A stretch of DNA of 64,000 bases, taken from NCBI GenBank assembly GCA_964016885.1, contig OZ024741.1, forward strand, positions 135,780,001 through 135,844,000, given 5' to 3'. This document shows, piece after piece, positions 14,970 to 28,845 of the stretch. The stretch comes from Eledone cirrhosa. Its lineage: Eukaryota. How positions within the stretch are numbered: position 1 is the stretch's first letter; each line of letters opens with the position of its first letter. Made by a program: the position numbers and the translations under genes. The notes under the pieces were generated by a model. That model ran no database searches, was not told where the DNA came from, and saw only the letters and a program-made list of their open reading frames with translations.

Positions 14970-15269
14970 GTATATATATATATATATAATTATTGTACAT
15001 GGATCAATATATACTCCTATATTCTGAACACGTAGAACCATCCACAATATGAAACATACGCGCACACACACACACATATATATACATATTTGGATATACA
15101 TATATGCTTTTATGTATGTGCCTAAGTGGGTTTCGTGTATCTTGTGCCGATGTATATTGGTGAGAAACATAAACATTGTTTTGAAATATACTTTAGAGTT
15201 GCTACGTCATCGTTTATTTTACCTGATCATTTACTCCTAGAGTACATTCTACATGACCATTGACAATTG

Positions 15270-15450
15270 TTTATTTGCAGTTCAGCGTGTGGCCTACCTG
15301 GTCAGTTACATATTAATGCGCGGTCTATATGTTCATTTGCAGTTCAATGTGCAATCTGCCTAGCCATTGCTAGTGCAGTGTGTTGTCAACCTGGCCATTT
15401 ATAGCTCAGTGTGCAGTCTACCTGGCCATTTACAGTTCAGTGTAGTCTAC
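15270..15450. repeat. Degenerate minisatellite, unit about 30-40 bp (cctggccatttacagttcagtgtgcagtcta)
   Basis: Several imperfect copies visible. Confidence 0.7.
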
Positions 15451-15554
15451 ACTTTAGAATGCGGTTTAACTGGTGACCTACCATTGATATGAATCCTGAC
15501 AGAGCGTAGACTCCAGTTACTGTGATAGACCTCACGTTAAACCCCACTAGCTGA

Positions 15555-15850
15555 TGTCAGATCATTGCATCAGCTGAGGCTACAGTAGAAAGTTCATGTC
15601 ATTACACGTCTGAGGTCACAGTGGAGAGGTTAGGTCATTAGACAGCTGAGATCAGAGTGGAGATGACAGGTCATTACCCAAATGAGGTCAATGTAGAGAT
15701 ATCAGGTCATTACATCAGCTTACGTCGCAGTAGAGAGGTCAGGTCATTACATCAGCTGAGGTCACAGTAGGGAGGTCAGATAATTACATCAGCTGAGGTC
15801 ACTGTAGAAACGTCAGGTGATGTCTCAGTAGAGAGTACAGGTCATTACCA
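15555..15850. repeat. Minisatellite, unit about 36-37 bp (ggtcattacatcagctgaggtcacagtagagaggtca), about 8 copies
   Basis: Directly visible periodicity. Confidence 0.9.
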
Positions 15851-16605
15851 TGGTAAAATTCGGACATTGTGGTTGACAGAACTCAAAGGAGCATGCCTTG
15901 AGATGTTTGTTACATACATTTCCTTATCTTACTAAAATGTCAGTAACGCAGAGAATTTATAGCTGGTCTTTTGGAAAACCGTAACCTACAACAACAACTT
16001 TCTCACATATTATCGGAGAGAATATAAAATGAAATAAATAAATAAATACGTATCTATAATTGCTTTTCCCGCTAGCTAACATGACACATAAAACGAAAAC
16101 TACACAATGCACGAGAGAATTTCATATATGATGTCTTAGATAAATTATACTTCAAGTAGCCGCTTAACATTTCTGGATTATTAAGCTAATGCCTCGTATT
16201 TCATTGTTCTTTTAGATTATTAATGTCTCAAATTTGTCCATTCATGATCATTCCTGACCACTGCCCTGTTCTTACAGAGAAATATATCTTGAGGCTATGG
16301 CTATAATCCAGCAGGACAATTATGATATTTAAATTCATATGAGCATCAGAGCCATATTTCGTTAGAAATTCGTTCTGTGCATACTAATTAGATTTTCAAT
16401 TTAGTATGTACTCGCGCTTTTATTTCCCAAAACTTTCACAGTAGTTATTAGCTTATAATCGAAACATGATTCCAAGTCTGTATGAGCAATGGCTACAGGT
16501 ACTGAACTTCTGGTGGAGATGATATATTGCCTTTGTGATATACAGCATATCCTGGGCATTTAAACCTGGCGGATACCATGACTCTCCAGGTCTGTACTCA
16601 ACCGC

Positions 16606-16706
<101 letters not shown>

Positions 16707-16805
16707 TAGAAAGCGATAGAGAGAGAAAGAGAGAGAGAGAGAAAGAGAGAAAGAGAAATATAGTAAGTTAGATAGATAAAGAGAGAGTGAGGGAAAGAAA
16801 GAGAA

Positions 16806-16902
<97 letters not shown>

Positions 16903-17614
16903 ATATCAGAGAATTGAGAAAAATATAAGGGAAGAATTGACGCGGTATTGAACTGGTATTTTATCGATAGTAAAAGGATAAAATGCAATTAGACAGGGTG
17001 TGATTTAAACTCAGGAAACAGAGAGCCAGAACAAATATACATATGTAGGGTTGTGCTGAACGAATTTAGATTACCATTATTTAGTTACTGTTGATCTTGT
17101 GCTTAAACCAGAAACCATTATCTAGTTATTGTTGATGTTAGCCAGGGATTACCCTGGCTAACCACAATGGATAGACCAAGTGTATCGTGCATCACATTAT
17201 CTGAAGTGTCTACTTACGTTTTAAGATGTGGCTGCAATAGAAGATATTTGGCTGCTATGTCCTTGAGATCGATTGAACTCACAGAAGCCTCTTTGTTCAT
17301 TCGAAAAACGTAATTGTTTTTCTGGAACAATAAATCCCTCACACATAATGCTTCTAACCCTAACAACACATCTCATACCTCATAAAACGTTTCCCTAATT
17401 TCGGAGTACCCTAATTGGACTGGAGTGCAGTAAAAAGGGTATCCCATAGTTTTACCTGATCAATAAGAACGTTCCTTCCCTTTTATAAACGATATTGTTT
17501 TCTCGTGTCCCAGATTCCCTAATCTAAGTTAATCAACTAAGTTACTCGGTTCAAGCCAAGAACCGAAGAAAGGACACAATCTTTGCTTTAACTGAAACAT
17601 CTACATCAATAATA

Positions 17615-18265
17615 ATGGTTTCTGATTTAGGCACAAGTCCAGCAACCTTGAGGGAGGGGAAAGTCGCTTAAGTCGACCCCAGTGCATTACTGGTACTTTA
17701 GTTTATCGACCCTGTAAGGATGAATGACAAAGCCAACCTCGGCGGGATCTGAACTCAGAACATAAAGGGCCATAAATCCATATAACAAAGCATGGTGTCC
17801 GACGCTCTACCGATATTGCCAATCCACCGTCCTTATTATTAATAATTGTTTCTACTTTAGGCACAAGGCCAGCAGTTACCCAGTGCATTACTGGTACTTT
17901 ATTTTATCGACCCCGTAAGGATGAAAGGCAAAGTTAACCTCGGCGGGATTTGAACTCAGATCGTAAAGGGGCGTAACTATGCTGGAAAGCATGGCGTCCG
18001 ACTCTCTATCGATACTGCCAATCCACCGCTCTCTTATTATTAATAATGGTTTCTTATAGAGGCACAGGGCCAGCAATTGGAGGCGGGGGGGGGGGGGTCG
18101 ATTAAATCGACCCCAGTACATTACTGGTGCTCTATTTTATCGACCTCGTGAGAATGAAAGGCAATGTTAACCTCGGCGGGATCTGAACTCAGAACATAAA
18201 GGACCATAACTCAATACAACAAAGCATGGTGTCCGACGCTCTACCGATACTACCAATCCACCGTC
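17615..18265 (-). mobile_element. Three head-to-tail copies of SINE family A
   Basis: Copies at about 17615-17830, 17845-18030 and 18046-18265, each with A-box tggcagtatcgg and B-box gagttc(a)aatccc on the minus strand, joined by ttattattaataat. Confidence 0.95.
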
Positions 18266-18464
18266 TTTATTATTAATAATAATATTGGTTTCTAATTTTG
18301 GCATGAGCCCTGTAATATTTTCGGGGCACTGTTAATTATCAGGCGCCTAATACTCGACAGGCACTGACATATCGATACCTCCACGGAAGGATGAAAAACA
18401 AAGTTGATAATTCGAAACCAGAACAGAAAGAGCCAGATCAATATTAATTGCTACTACTTTTTAA

Positions 18465-19555
18465 AGCGGTGGGTTGGTAGTATCGGTAGAGCGTCGGACA
18501 ATATTCTGTGTGGCATTTATGAGGTGTATCAGAAAAGTAACAGGGCTTAGTATGCTGTGTGAGCTACGAGTGGGGTAGGGATTAGCAGGTAGCGTCAACA
18601 TTTTACGTTATATCCGGGGAGTAGATAACTGCAGCCTCAACTCTCTCCAGTCATTGTATATTCTTTTCGTGCTTTTGTTAACAGTTCCACAACTCTAGGC
18701 TGTCGAGTGATGGTCACAGTTTCTGGTTCGGCTGGCGAAATCTCCGTCAGAAGCACTCGGAATACTGCAGCAAGTGTACGGTGATGAGACAATGTTGCGC
18801 TCACGGGTTTTCAAGTGGCACAAATGGTCCAAAGAAGGACGCGAAGATGTGGAAGACGACCCCAGGCATGGAAGGCCTTCAACGAGCATGACTGAGGCCA
18901 ATGTTGCAAGCATGAGGCAGGGGGTGCCTGGTATCGTCGGCTGACATCGATTGATCTTAAGTGAGCTTAGTATGAACAGCGAAAGCGTTTATACGATTGT
19001 CACTGAAGAGTTGGGCATGCGGAAGATCTGCGCCTAAATGGTGCCAAAGATGAGTTCACGATGAGCAGAGGGTGCGGTGCATGCAGGTGTGTTAGGACAT
19101 TATCGAGCGTCTTGAAACCGAACCAGACTAGCTGGAGAGACCCATCACCGGTGATGTGCCATGGTGACCCGTTTTCGGACGGGATATCTCTCAAGAGAGC
19201 CGTGATGATGGAGCTGTGGCGAATCCGGGGAGAATCCTTCCATGAGTGCATGAAAGCGTGGCAGAGAAGGATAGGAATGTGGGTTTGACTCGAGGAGAGT
19301 TGTTTCGAAGGGGAAAACTTGTTGTTTGCAGTTTGGATTTGAAATATATTTTCGCGACTCCAGTCCTGTTTCTTTTCTGAAACATCTCGTATTTACAGCC
19401 CTTTACGTTCTGAGTTCAAATCCCACTGTGGTTAGTGTTGCCTTTCATTCTTATGGAATCTATAAAGAAACGTACCGGCAATGCACTGAAGTTGATTCAA
19501 TCGAATTTCCCTTCCGTTTCAAATTGCAGGCTTTGTGCCAAAAGTAGAAACTATA
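18465..19555 (+). mobile_element. SINE family A copy split by a mariner insertion
   Basis: Head at 18465-18517. The body resumes at 19392 (tttacagccctttacgttctgagttcaaatccc). Confidence 0.85.
18520..19389 (+). mobile_element. Internally deleted mariner (Tc1/mariner) DNA transposon
   Basis: Imperfect TIRs (t)gaggtgtatcagaaaagtaacagg / cctgtttcttttctgaaacatctcg and TA target duplication. Transposase remnant reads LQQVYGDETMLRSRVFKWHK..EGREDVEDDPRHGRPST, LGMRKICA*MVPK and ITGD. Confidence 0.92.
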
Positions 19556-19562
19556 AAAATAA

Positions 19563-19960
19563 CTGTTTCTACTTTTGGCACAAAGCATGTAATTTGAGGG
19601 GGGGGGGGGTCAATTATATGACCTCCGGTACTTTACTGGTACTTTATTGTATCGACTCCGTAAGGATGAAAGGAAAAGTTGACCGCAGCGGGATTTGATC
19701 TTATAATATAAAAAACAGCAACAAATGTGACAAAGCATTTTAACAAATGCTCTAACGATTCTTCCAATTCACCACTCTTAAATAATTTCTAATTTAGGCC
19801 CAAGGTCAACAATTTTGGGGAGAGGGAAATTCGATTAAATCGAACCAGTACGTTACTGGTTTATGATTTTATCGGCACCGTAAGGATGAAAGACAAATTT
19901 ATACGGGTGAACTTTGATTTTAGAACATAAACAGCATAAAATACAGCAGAGCATTTGTCA
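19563..19960 (-). mobile_element. Two further degenerate SINE A copies; other single copies at about 16940-17030(-), 20617-20830(-), 23995-24210(+), 34452-34525(+), 37938-38005(+), 38369-38490(-), 58108-58291(-) and 60140-60263(+)
   Basis: Shared core tttgcctttcatccttacggggtcgataaaataaagtaccag and tail ggccttgtgccaaaagtagaaac. Confidence 0.85.
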
Positions 19961-22900
19961 CCAAACTACCATATTAGCTTTAGTTGAAAGCTTTAATAAA
20001 AATACAATGAATTCTTTATTATAATTTTGGTAGACGGAAACTGTTTAGAAGCCCGTCGCATGGATTATACATGTAATTTAATGTCTCAGACTTGTCATAC
20101 TGTGTTAGACCGAATCACCATGAGAATTGCGTTAAGGGTAGACGTGTCTTTGGAATGCTCAGCTACTTACATGTTAATATAATGAGCAAGCTGAAGCGTT
20201 GTTCAAACAATTTGAATACGCATCGTTGAAACAGATGTATATACATGCCATTCCCAATAATATTATAACTGGTAATTAAATTCTCAATTCTGTAAATTCA
20301 TTCTTGGACTTCCATTAACTGCAGTTCTGTTTGACGTCTAAAATCAGTTTTATTTCATCAAAATGTCACGGAGTCACTCTAGTGAGAAATGTAAACTACA
20401 TCAGCTAATCAATACATTCATTAGAATATTTAATTAGGTTCTAATTTGACGACTTATTTATGACACATTCATACCATTCTATATTTTATTTAGCGTTATA
20501 TGATTTTTAGGGCAAGCGATATGACAAGTTGTAACATGGAAGCTATAATTTCCAGTTGGCAATAAAAACTATAATACGGTTTTGAATTATTACGACATGA
20601 TGAACATCAATATATTGATTTCTAATTTAGGTATAAGGTCAGTAAATTTGATGGAAGGGCAAAATTGATTAAATCAACTCCAGTACTTGGATGGTACTTT
20701 ATTTTAACGTCTCTTGAAGAATGAAATACAAATTTGACCTGAGCCGAATTTGAACTCATAATGTAAAGAGCCACAACAAAGACCACCATGACATCTTATC
20801 CAACGCCGTAACAATCTTATCAATCTACCACACTCAATATTTTTTTAATATATTAATGTGGTTTTCTACATTACAGTGTGTGCGTTGGATATCCGTCGGT
20901 TCAGGGGACGAAGTTTTCAGTTGTTCGATCAATGAAACAGCCTGGCAGTAAAAATAAAGTATAAGTGACTGAGCTTTACACGGACGCTTCTGCATTGACA
21001 TTAGGTCTCTGGGAGATTCAGCATGTGTGTGTGTTTGGGGGGGGGGGGGGGGATCTGTCCTTTCCTCTCCCAAATTTCACCCACAAAGCATGGGTCGACT
21101 CAAGGATTGACCTCGGGACCTAATGTTTGTCTAGCGAACTTCTTAATCATTCGGCTATGTTCCATTCATGGTTTACAACATAGAGATATCAAAAATAAAA
21201 AAAAACATTAAAGAAAGGAAGGGTGATGTTTACACTTTCCAAGCAGGAATTGTATACACATCATGAACAAATGGTGAAGATGTTCAATTTGCAATTATAA
21301 GGTCTTTGCTTGAATCCTACTATGCAGCATCTTGTGCAAATGTTCTTTAAAGTAGCCCCGGGTCGCCATAAGTTTTGTGAATGAAATTGGGCAGACGGAA
21401 ATTGTTTGAAGTTCGATGGATGGACTATGCTTGTAATTTAAAGCATCAGCATTGTTAAACACTGCCTCACGCTCAATATTCCTGAAATTTACGTTAAGAG
21501 TACAAGCGTCCATGGAATGCTCAGCCACATACATGTTTATTTCAGGAGCATGCTGTTGCGTTCAGCGAACCACTGGAATTTTCTTTGTCGGAACTCACGG
21601 AAATCCAGCACACATACACATACACATAGGCATTGACTACACATGTAAACACAATTCGTAGCGACTGTGAATCGAAACTGGATCACCTTTCATATTGCTG
21701 CTATATTTGTATTTAACACATTTATGTTTAACCTATGTGGATATGAAAATAGCACAGCAAGGCTACCAAAGTTCTATTGAAATTACGACATCAAAAATAA
21801 CTTTCTAATACCCATTCAGACTATTCTAAAAACCATTGCTGGAACAAGCAATACTATAACGTGTTATTTCTGTCTGATTAAAAAAAAACCTCAGGTATTT
21901 TTACTTGCTAGCCGTGCCGACAACTGCATACAATCCTTTTCATCGGAGCTCTCGATTTATTGACCAATTAAAAAAAAAGAACATTTTTAACAATCAACAT
22001 TCCTGTAATAGCCTTGAACATTTGAATTATATTATTCCACTGAGAATAACGGGGATGGGAGTAATTTCGAATTTTTCATTCCCATGTTATGACTTTCTGC
22101 TTGTTATGAAATCAATTGAAGTGACTTCGGCTTTATGCTGCCTCAATTCTGAATTCAGAAGTAAATTTAATACTCCTGTCTTGTCAAAATGGAACATTAC
22201 ATTACAGGATATAATAAGTTCATCAAATATTTCTGTTAATTTCTAAAGCATTACATCTTGTTGAAATCAAATTTGATTAAAAAAATGTCTCTTTTTCTCT
22301 ATATATTTATTTATGTATATCTAACTTCTTCGTTACTTTTATAACTCACTATATCCTTTTCTTTCCACTTTGAAAATTAAATTTCTTTTTCATATTTTCA
22401 GCGCCTAATAACAAATATCTATACGTTTCATCTTTCTGTTATCTGCTAATTGATTCCCGCCAAAAATGATCGCCATAAAATGCGGAAACAAATTTATTAA
22501 ATTATGTTTTGTTTTATCTGGTATACTATTTCTATTCAGTTGAAATGATGTATTATATATTATGAAAATTATCGAGGAAAATATGCATAAATTTAACATA
22601 GACAAAAGCAAGCATCTGACAAGCATAAAAGGATTGTATATTGTGGAAATAACCTTAAAGAAAAGGGAATGGGGGGTAAGCAATAAAGGAACCTAAAAAA
22701 ATTAACAACAAAGGAATTAATGTTAACACTCAGCGTTAATAATTGCTAATCAGAAATTGGCATAGAACATGTTTAAGTTCAAGCAGCACATGTTAACTAT
22801 TTTCTTTGGAAATTAAGGAAGATAAAATTATCAGAGAGAAGAAAGGGTGAAATATATTATCGTGGATAAACCAATTAAGTTTTAATGGCGTTTATTGATA

Positions 22901-25058
22901 GGAGTCTTCAATTGCATTCTTTTCATTATATTGAATAAATAATTGTAAGGTGAATACTTTTGAAAGTACAGAATTAATAACATACTTGTTGCTGGTTCTC
23001 ATTATTTAACTATAAATGATGAATAAGAACCAAACTATGACAACTTTGTTGATCGAGTAAAAGCTGGCTTAAAAAAGAAACTTGTACAAGGTAATGTTTT
23101 GTTTTATAAAGAAATAAGAATTTGAGTGTGCCGATACCCTAAGTTGTTCTCAAAGACTCAGATCATATCCTTTGCAATCCCAGCTATCCTTAATTCTCAC
23201 TTATTTTCAATTATCTAGTAATTTGTCACTCGAACACCGTATTATTATGAAAAGAGGGAAGATAGGTTATTTAGTACAAATAGTTAGCTATATCATCAGA
23301 AATATTGTGTGTGGGTGTATATGTGGGTGTGTGTGTTTGTGTGTGTTTGTGTTTGTGTGTTTGTGTTTGATAAAGATAAAGATAAAGATAAAGTCAAAAC
23401 TTGTACCACTGAGAAAAATCTAGTTACGTGTTACATATATCTCTTGCTAAGCCAAAGGCTAATATTTATAGAAAGGCATTGATAACAGTTATCATCATGA
23501 ATTATTCATTCGAAAAATCATACCATATGTTCAAGGCTTCCTTTAATGACAAGAGTGTTACAGAAATACATGTGTTAGCTCATGTTGAACAATGGTATTG
23601 CGAAGAATATGTCTTCACAATAATTGAACACTAATTAAACTACAACCATATTTAAATATACTGCAGTGTTTTTAATTCTAGAACAACCTTGGATAAGTAG
23701 TCTTGTATTCAAAGGCATTCCAGAAATGACCATCCCATCCCATCCTTTATTTCATGCATCCAAAATATCATTATCCAATCTGTCGTTTCCTATTTACGAA
23801 AGTAGTGTGCTACATGACTGTGTGGAGACTCCCTCGTTCTCCCAACCTTAGTTAACAGGGCACTATATGAGCATGTAGAGACTTTCTCGTGCTCAATCAC
23901 CTGTTTAAGATGGCACGGTGCTATATGACGACGTAGGGTCTCTCTCGTAGTCATCAAAATTGTTGGCCTTGTGCTATTATTAACTCTGAAAAGAGTGGTG
24001 GGTTGGCAAAATTGGCAGACCGTCAGATAAAATGCTACTGCAGTATTTGTTCTGCCTTGTTACTTTCTGAATTGAAATCCCGCTGAGGTCAATTTTAATT
24101 TCCATCCTCCGTGGTCGATAAAATGCAATACCTGTGAAGCACTGGGTTTATTTAACCAACACTCTCCTAACCCCAACATTGCTGGCCTTGTATTTTAACC
24201 AGAAATCATTATTAAATTTGAGATTTACGCCCTTACCGGCTCCCTAGTTGACACTAATGGTAATGCTGGCCCTGTTCCCACTACATTTTTTGCTAGCAAA
24301 GTCTCTTATCACAAATCTTTACCTCCCATTTAACAGCGTTATATGTAAATAATTACACAATACACCTTTGTTGTTTGGAATATTTCACAAATGTTGCAGC
24401 TGCTGCTTGTGTAAATAATTTATAGCGTGAGCTTCCTTGTGAAATATTTATCATGCTTCATCATAGTTCTGTTCGGGAATGTTAAGAAGCTCAGTGAACA
24501 GTGATCAATCATTCTTATCTTTGAACTCAATGCTTTAGTACTAAACACGACGCTTTTGGGGTTTAACTGCAGTTGCCATCCGACAAAAGAAACCGCTCTT
24601 CTTTTATTTCGTATCACCAGTAAGGCAATCTATATCAATCTCTTCTTTTATTAATTTCCCCTTGCGTCAGTTGCTACTAAAGTAAGTTTAAGTCAAAGAT
24701 CTTCTGTGTGGAGGAATGTCTCGATTGAAAAGAAATGATCAACCATGCTACAAATATATTGTTATTAAACACCATTTCACTTTACATTGGTAAATTTCTG
24801 TTGCTATGTTAATCTCGTTTACTCTTTTAGTATTTTACTGATTTCAGTTAGTAGACAGCAGCCAGTCTGGGGCACTGCCTTAAAGTCATGATATAGACCC
24901 CAATATGATTTGTTTCATGTCTGATACTTGTGTAATAGAACCGCTTCTTTTGTTCTTTTGTTGAAACACTAAGTTACGGGATATAACCACAGACAGAGAC
25001 ACTAACGAAAACACAGACATGAGCACACCCCTACCACGCGCACACCCCTACCACGCGC

Positions 25059-25144
<86 letters not shown>

Positions 25145-25187
25145 ACACACGCACACATATATATATATATGACAAATAAGTATGTTT

Positions 25188-25337
25188 TGAAACAGTGTGC
25201 AGGTTTGAAATTAGAAAATAGAATAGCTTTCACCGTATTTTTGACTAAAGAAATTTTAGCCTGATAATGGGGTTTAGAACCCTCAGATAAATGGAAAAAG
25301 ATGAGTATTGACGTACATGTACGTCAATACTCATCTT
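25188..25337. mobile_element. Truncated copy of the 34.5-kb element ending in a perfect 40-bp palindrome next to (TA)n
   Basis: Aligns to 34528-34669. 25298-25337 is aagatgagtattgacgtacatgtacgtcaatactcatctt. Confidence 0.85.
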
Positions 25338-25338
25338 A

Positions 25339-25383
<45 letters not shown>

Positions 25384-26340
25384 CAACAGGCTTTAACAGT
25401 TTCAATCTACTAAATTCCACTCAACTTTAGGCTATGATATGAGATGAAAATAAGGAAAAACAAACAAAAAAGATTTTGGAGAGGTGAAAAACTTTACACT
25501 CTTTGCTGGACGGTATATCTCAACTGTTGCTCTCCGCGGACGAAATGGTGGAAGTATTGCGTCGGACATCAGCCACCGATGCGCGCTGCATCACCCATTC
25601 CAATGATATAAGATCGATTCTATACTATGTTGTCTGAAATGTGTATAATGCTACACCCACTCTATATTGTTAATGCTTCCAAATTTATAATCTCATTGTA
25701 ATATATTTGTGTTTGGATTCTATTTAATTTAAAGTTTTCTCATTAATGATTTGCTATTGGTGTAAGTTTAGTATTTGCTCTAAATATTATTATCTAGACA
25801 AACATTAAAATTTACAGAAAAGTAAAAAAAAAATACGAGATAAAACCACAAAACAGAAATATTACCATATTTACAGACTTATTAAAAATTATACACATAA
25901 AAGACGTATCGCTCTCTCTTTTATACCTGGATGTTGGCAAATAGAAAATAAAACTGCCAGAATATTTGTTTTATAAATATAGCCTTTTGTGTGCGGCTGT
26001 TCGTTATCAATTCAGCAAAATAAATATATTGGCATTTCAGATCTTCTTTGAAATATCGCAAAGTGTTTCTCGTTTGCATATGATAAAAAGGTTAATGCAA
26101 TAATTAATAATGAAGTCTTTTGTTATTGTTGTTGTTGTTAAACATTGCGTCTGTTGTGAGGACGCGAGTTCCAGTCCTATGTGCAACGGAACATACTACT
26201 CGTGAAATTAACGTACAAGTGGCCGAGCATTCTACAGACACCATTACTCTTAATATAATTCTTAAGAATATTTAGCGAGACACAGTATGTGACAAGGCAG
26301 TCACTTTACTTCGGGTACAGTCCATCCCTCATTATAACGT

Positions 26341-26503
26341 GGCAGTATCGGTAGAGGGTCGGACGCCATGCTTTGACGCATAGAGTTACGGCCCTTTATG
26401 ATCTGAGTTCAAATCCCGCCGAGGTTAACTTTGCCTTTCATCCTTACGGGGTCGATAAAATAAAGTACCAGTATTGTACTGGGTAATTGCCAAAAGTAGA
26501 AAC
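26341..26503 (+). mobile_element. SINE family A copy with target-site duplication attataacgt
   Basis: Intact A/B boxes and core, with a direct repeat on both sides. Confidence 0.9.
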
Positions 26504-26885
26504 AATTATAACGTAAGACACGTTTACCCTACGTTAACGTTACACGTTTCAGTTTATGGAATTCTCAGCCAATTTCCCTATTAGGCTGTTTCATTGTTAG
26601 AAAAAATTGAAACACTCGTCGTCGTAACCGATGAAAACCTGACAGACACATATGCACATAAATTCTTCTAAAACATTACTAATGTATCAACTATAGCTGT
26701 TTGATGCTGAGTTTGAAATATTTTATCTTGTCCTTCATTAATTTATATCATTAATAATACTTGTGTATCATCAAATAAAACGGCAGTCACGTCAAAATAA
26801 ATGTCAAATAAAAATTACCATATTATATTTAAAAAATGAATTAAAATATCAAAATAAAAATAGAATTATTTCTTTCGTTAGTTAC

Positions 26886-27185
26886 GCTTTTCGCTGTTCC
26901 TCTAATTTCATATAACCTATTGAACAATTCACATTTTGGCTAACAATAAATTCCCACCATGTCTTCATTTCGTCCACATCAAACGCTAGAATATCCATTG
27001 CTAAAATCAAACCGACTGGCGCAATTTGTACAATAAAAAACAAGACACAAATAAAAAGAAAAATGATACAATGTGAAAATGTTACAGCCATTCAAGTTAA
27101 GGTCTGCTTAGATTTCGATTTCAATTTTTCGTTTCTTTGAAAAATACCACTTGTAATTACAAAATTTTGAATAATCTCTACATTT
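26886..27185 (-). pseudogene. Possible decayed membrane-protein coding segment (GPCR TM6-TM7-like, or a signal-peptide exon)
   Basis: Frame reads KLKSKSKQTLT*MAV..LFICVLFFIVQIAPVGLILAMDILAFDVDEMKTWWEFIVSQNVNCSIG and ends at a GTAACT donor-like site. Non-repetitive. No confident homology. Confidence 0.25.
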
Positions 27186-27351
27186 TTACTAGATTATCAA
27201 GAGCTGTATCAGCATTTTTGTTCTTTTTTTTTATAGTGAACTGTTTATTTGTTATTTTTTGCTGTTCTTGCATCACGACAAATTTATGGAAGAAAAGATG
27301 AAATTTATTTAAAATTATGCCTCATTGTTTGAAAACGTGTGTATGCATGTA

Positions 27352-27415
<64 letters not shown>

Positions 27416-27470
27416 AATAAATATACACTGGTATGTATGATTGTGTATAGAAGATTATATAAATTAAATG

Positions 27471-27750
27471 AATTCCAACTTTGTTGTCTGATTTACTCGT
27501 TTTATTTACAATCCTTTAACATTTATAATGGTATTAGAATGAAATAGTATGGTAGAATATTAAATGTTAAGTGTTAATTGAACAAGTACTTTCTTGCTTT
27601 CGCAATCTTCAGGTTCATATTCTGTGGTGACAGTCAAGTTTGCAATTTTCAACTGTACATTTAATATTCTACCATACTATTTCATTCTAATACCATTATA
27701 AATTTTAAAGGATTGTAAATAAAACGAGTAAATCAGACAAAGTTGGAATT
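27471..27750 (-). mobile_element. PLE-type fold-back with arms of about 95 bp and a hammerhead motif in the spacer
   Basis: Arms at 27471-27567 and 27657-27750, with TA-rich flanks. Confidence 0.85.
27579..27617 (-). ncRNA. Type I minimal hammerhead ribozyme motif
   Basis: UGAAC-CUGAAGA-UUGC(GAAA)GCAA-GAAA-GUAC-UU-GUUCA gives a 5-bp stem I, GNRA-capped stem II and palindromic loop III. Confidence 0.8.
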
Positions 27751-28610
27751 CCTTTTATTAATATATACATATGCATATATACATATTTATACACACGCAC
27801 ACTATATTGTAGTTTGCATTGTGTTAATGTGGCGTTTGAGCTTGTAACAACGAAAACACGAACTCCGAGTCATTTTCTTATCATAGACTTCTGACAAAGG
27901 TTTTTTTTTTACCTGAAATATTAAGACAGGTAACTAAAATAACAGATGGCACATTAACACAACGTTGCCTTAAAACTATTTCAAAATCTAATGTCCATTT
28001 AGCATTTTCGTTGCCTTTGAATAACATCCTACTATATATGTGGATAAATATATATATTAATTTATGTTGCGTAGTTTACCAATGGGTAGAACACAGATAG
28101 AGAATAGTCAGTATATTTGATTCGGAGGGAATTCAGCGTTATTGTTGCTGCAGATCATCTCCAAATACACACACACACACACACACACACTCTCACTCGC
28201 TCTCTCTCTATCTCACTCTCACACACACACTCATATATTAACTTGAAATAGTTACAAGTATTACTGTGTGGTTAAGGAGATTGCTACGAACCACGTAGTT
28301 GTGGCTCCAATCTTATTTACATTGGGTAAATTCTGCAATTGTTTCGGTTTGACTAATGGCTTGTAATTAGAATTTTTTTAAGGAAATTGCAGTAATCTGT
28401 CGTATCATCAACATCATCATCATCATCGTCATTATCTTTTAACATCGGTTTTCCCTGCTAGTATATATATATATATATATTTCTGTGTGTGTGGCTCTAC
28501 CTATGTCCCCCAACTTAATAGGCTGTCAAAAATGAGACTGATTAAATATGTATAAGGTGTTGACAGCATGGTAATACTCGGAAGATAAAGAAACACACAC
28601 ACATCACCCT

Positions 28611-28686
<76 letters not shown>

Positions 28687-28766
28687 ACTCTGCTCTGTAA
28701 GAGCATAGAGTGCTCAACCGGCATACCGCCATTGGAAGCATCTTAGCTACCATCAAACACACACAC

Positions 28767-28841
<75 letters not shown>

Positions 28842-28845
<4 letters not shown>

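Noticed and set aside
15555-15850. CRISPR-like periodicity of about 37 bp
   Set aside because: Units are contiguous with no unique spacers and no cas genes are present. It is a eukaryotic minisatellite.
21900-23130. Coding-looking unique sequence (e.g. EPNYDNFVDRVKAGLKKKLVQ followed by GTAATG)
   Set aside because: It has in-frame stops, no acceptor and no recognisable family, so it cannot be supported without a search.
27888-27928. Further hammerhead-like strings here and at about 42657-42710, 57940-57970 and 58848-58870
   Set aside because: Core bases are mutated or stems are missing. They are consistent with dead pseudo-LTRs but not callable as ribozymes.
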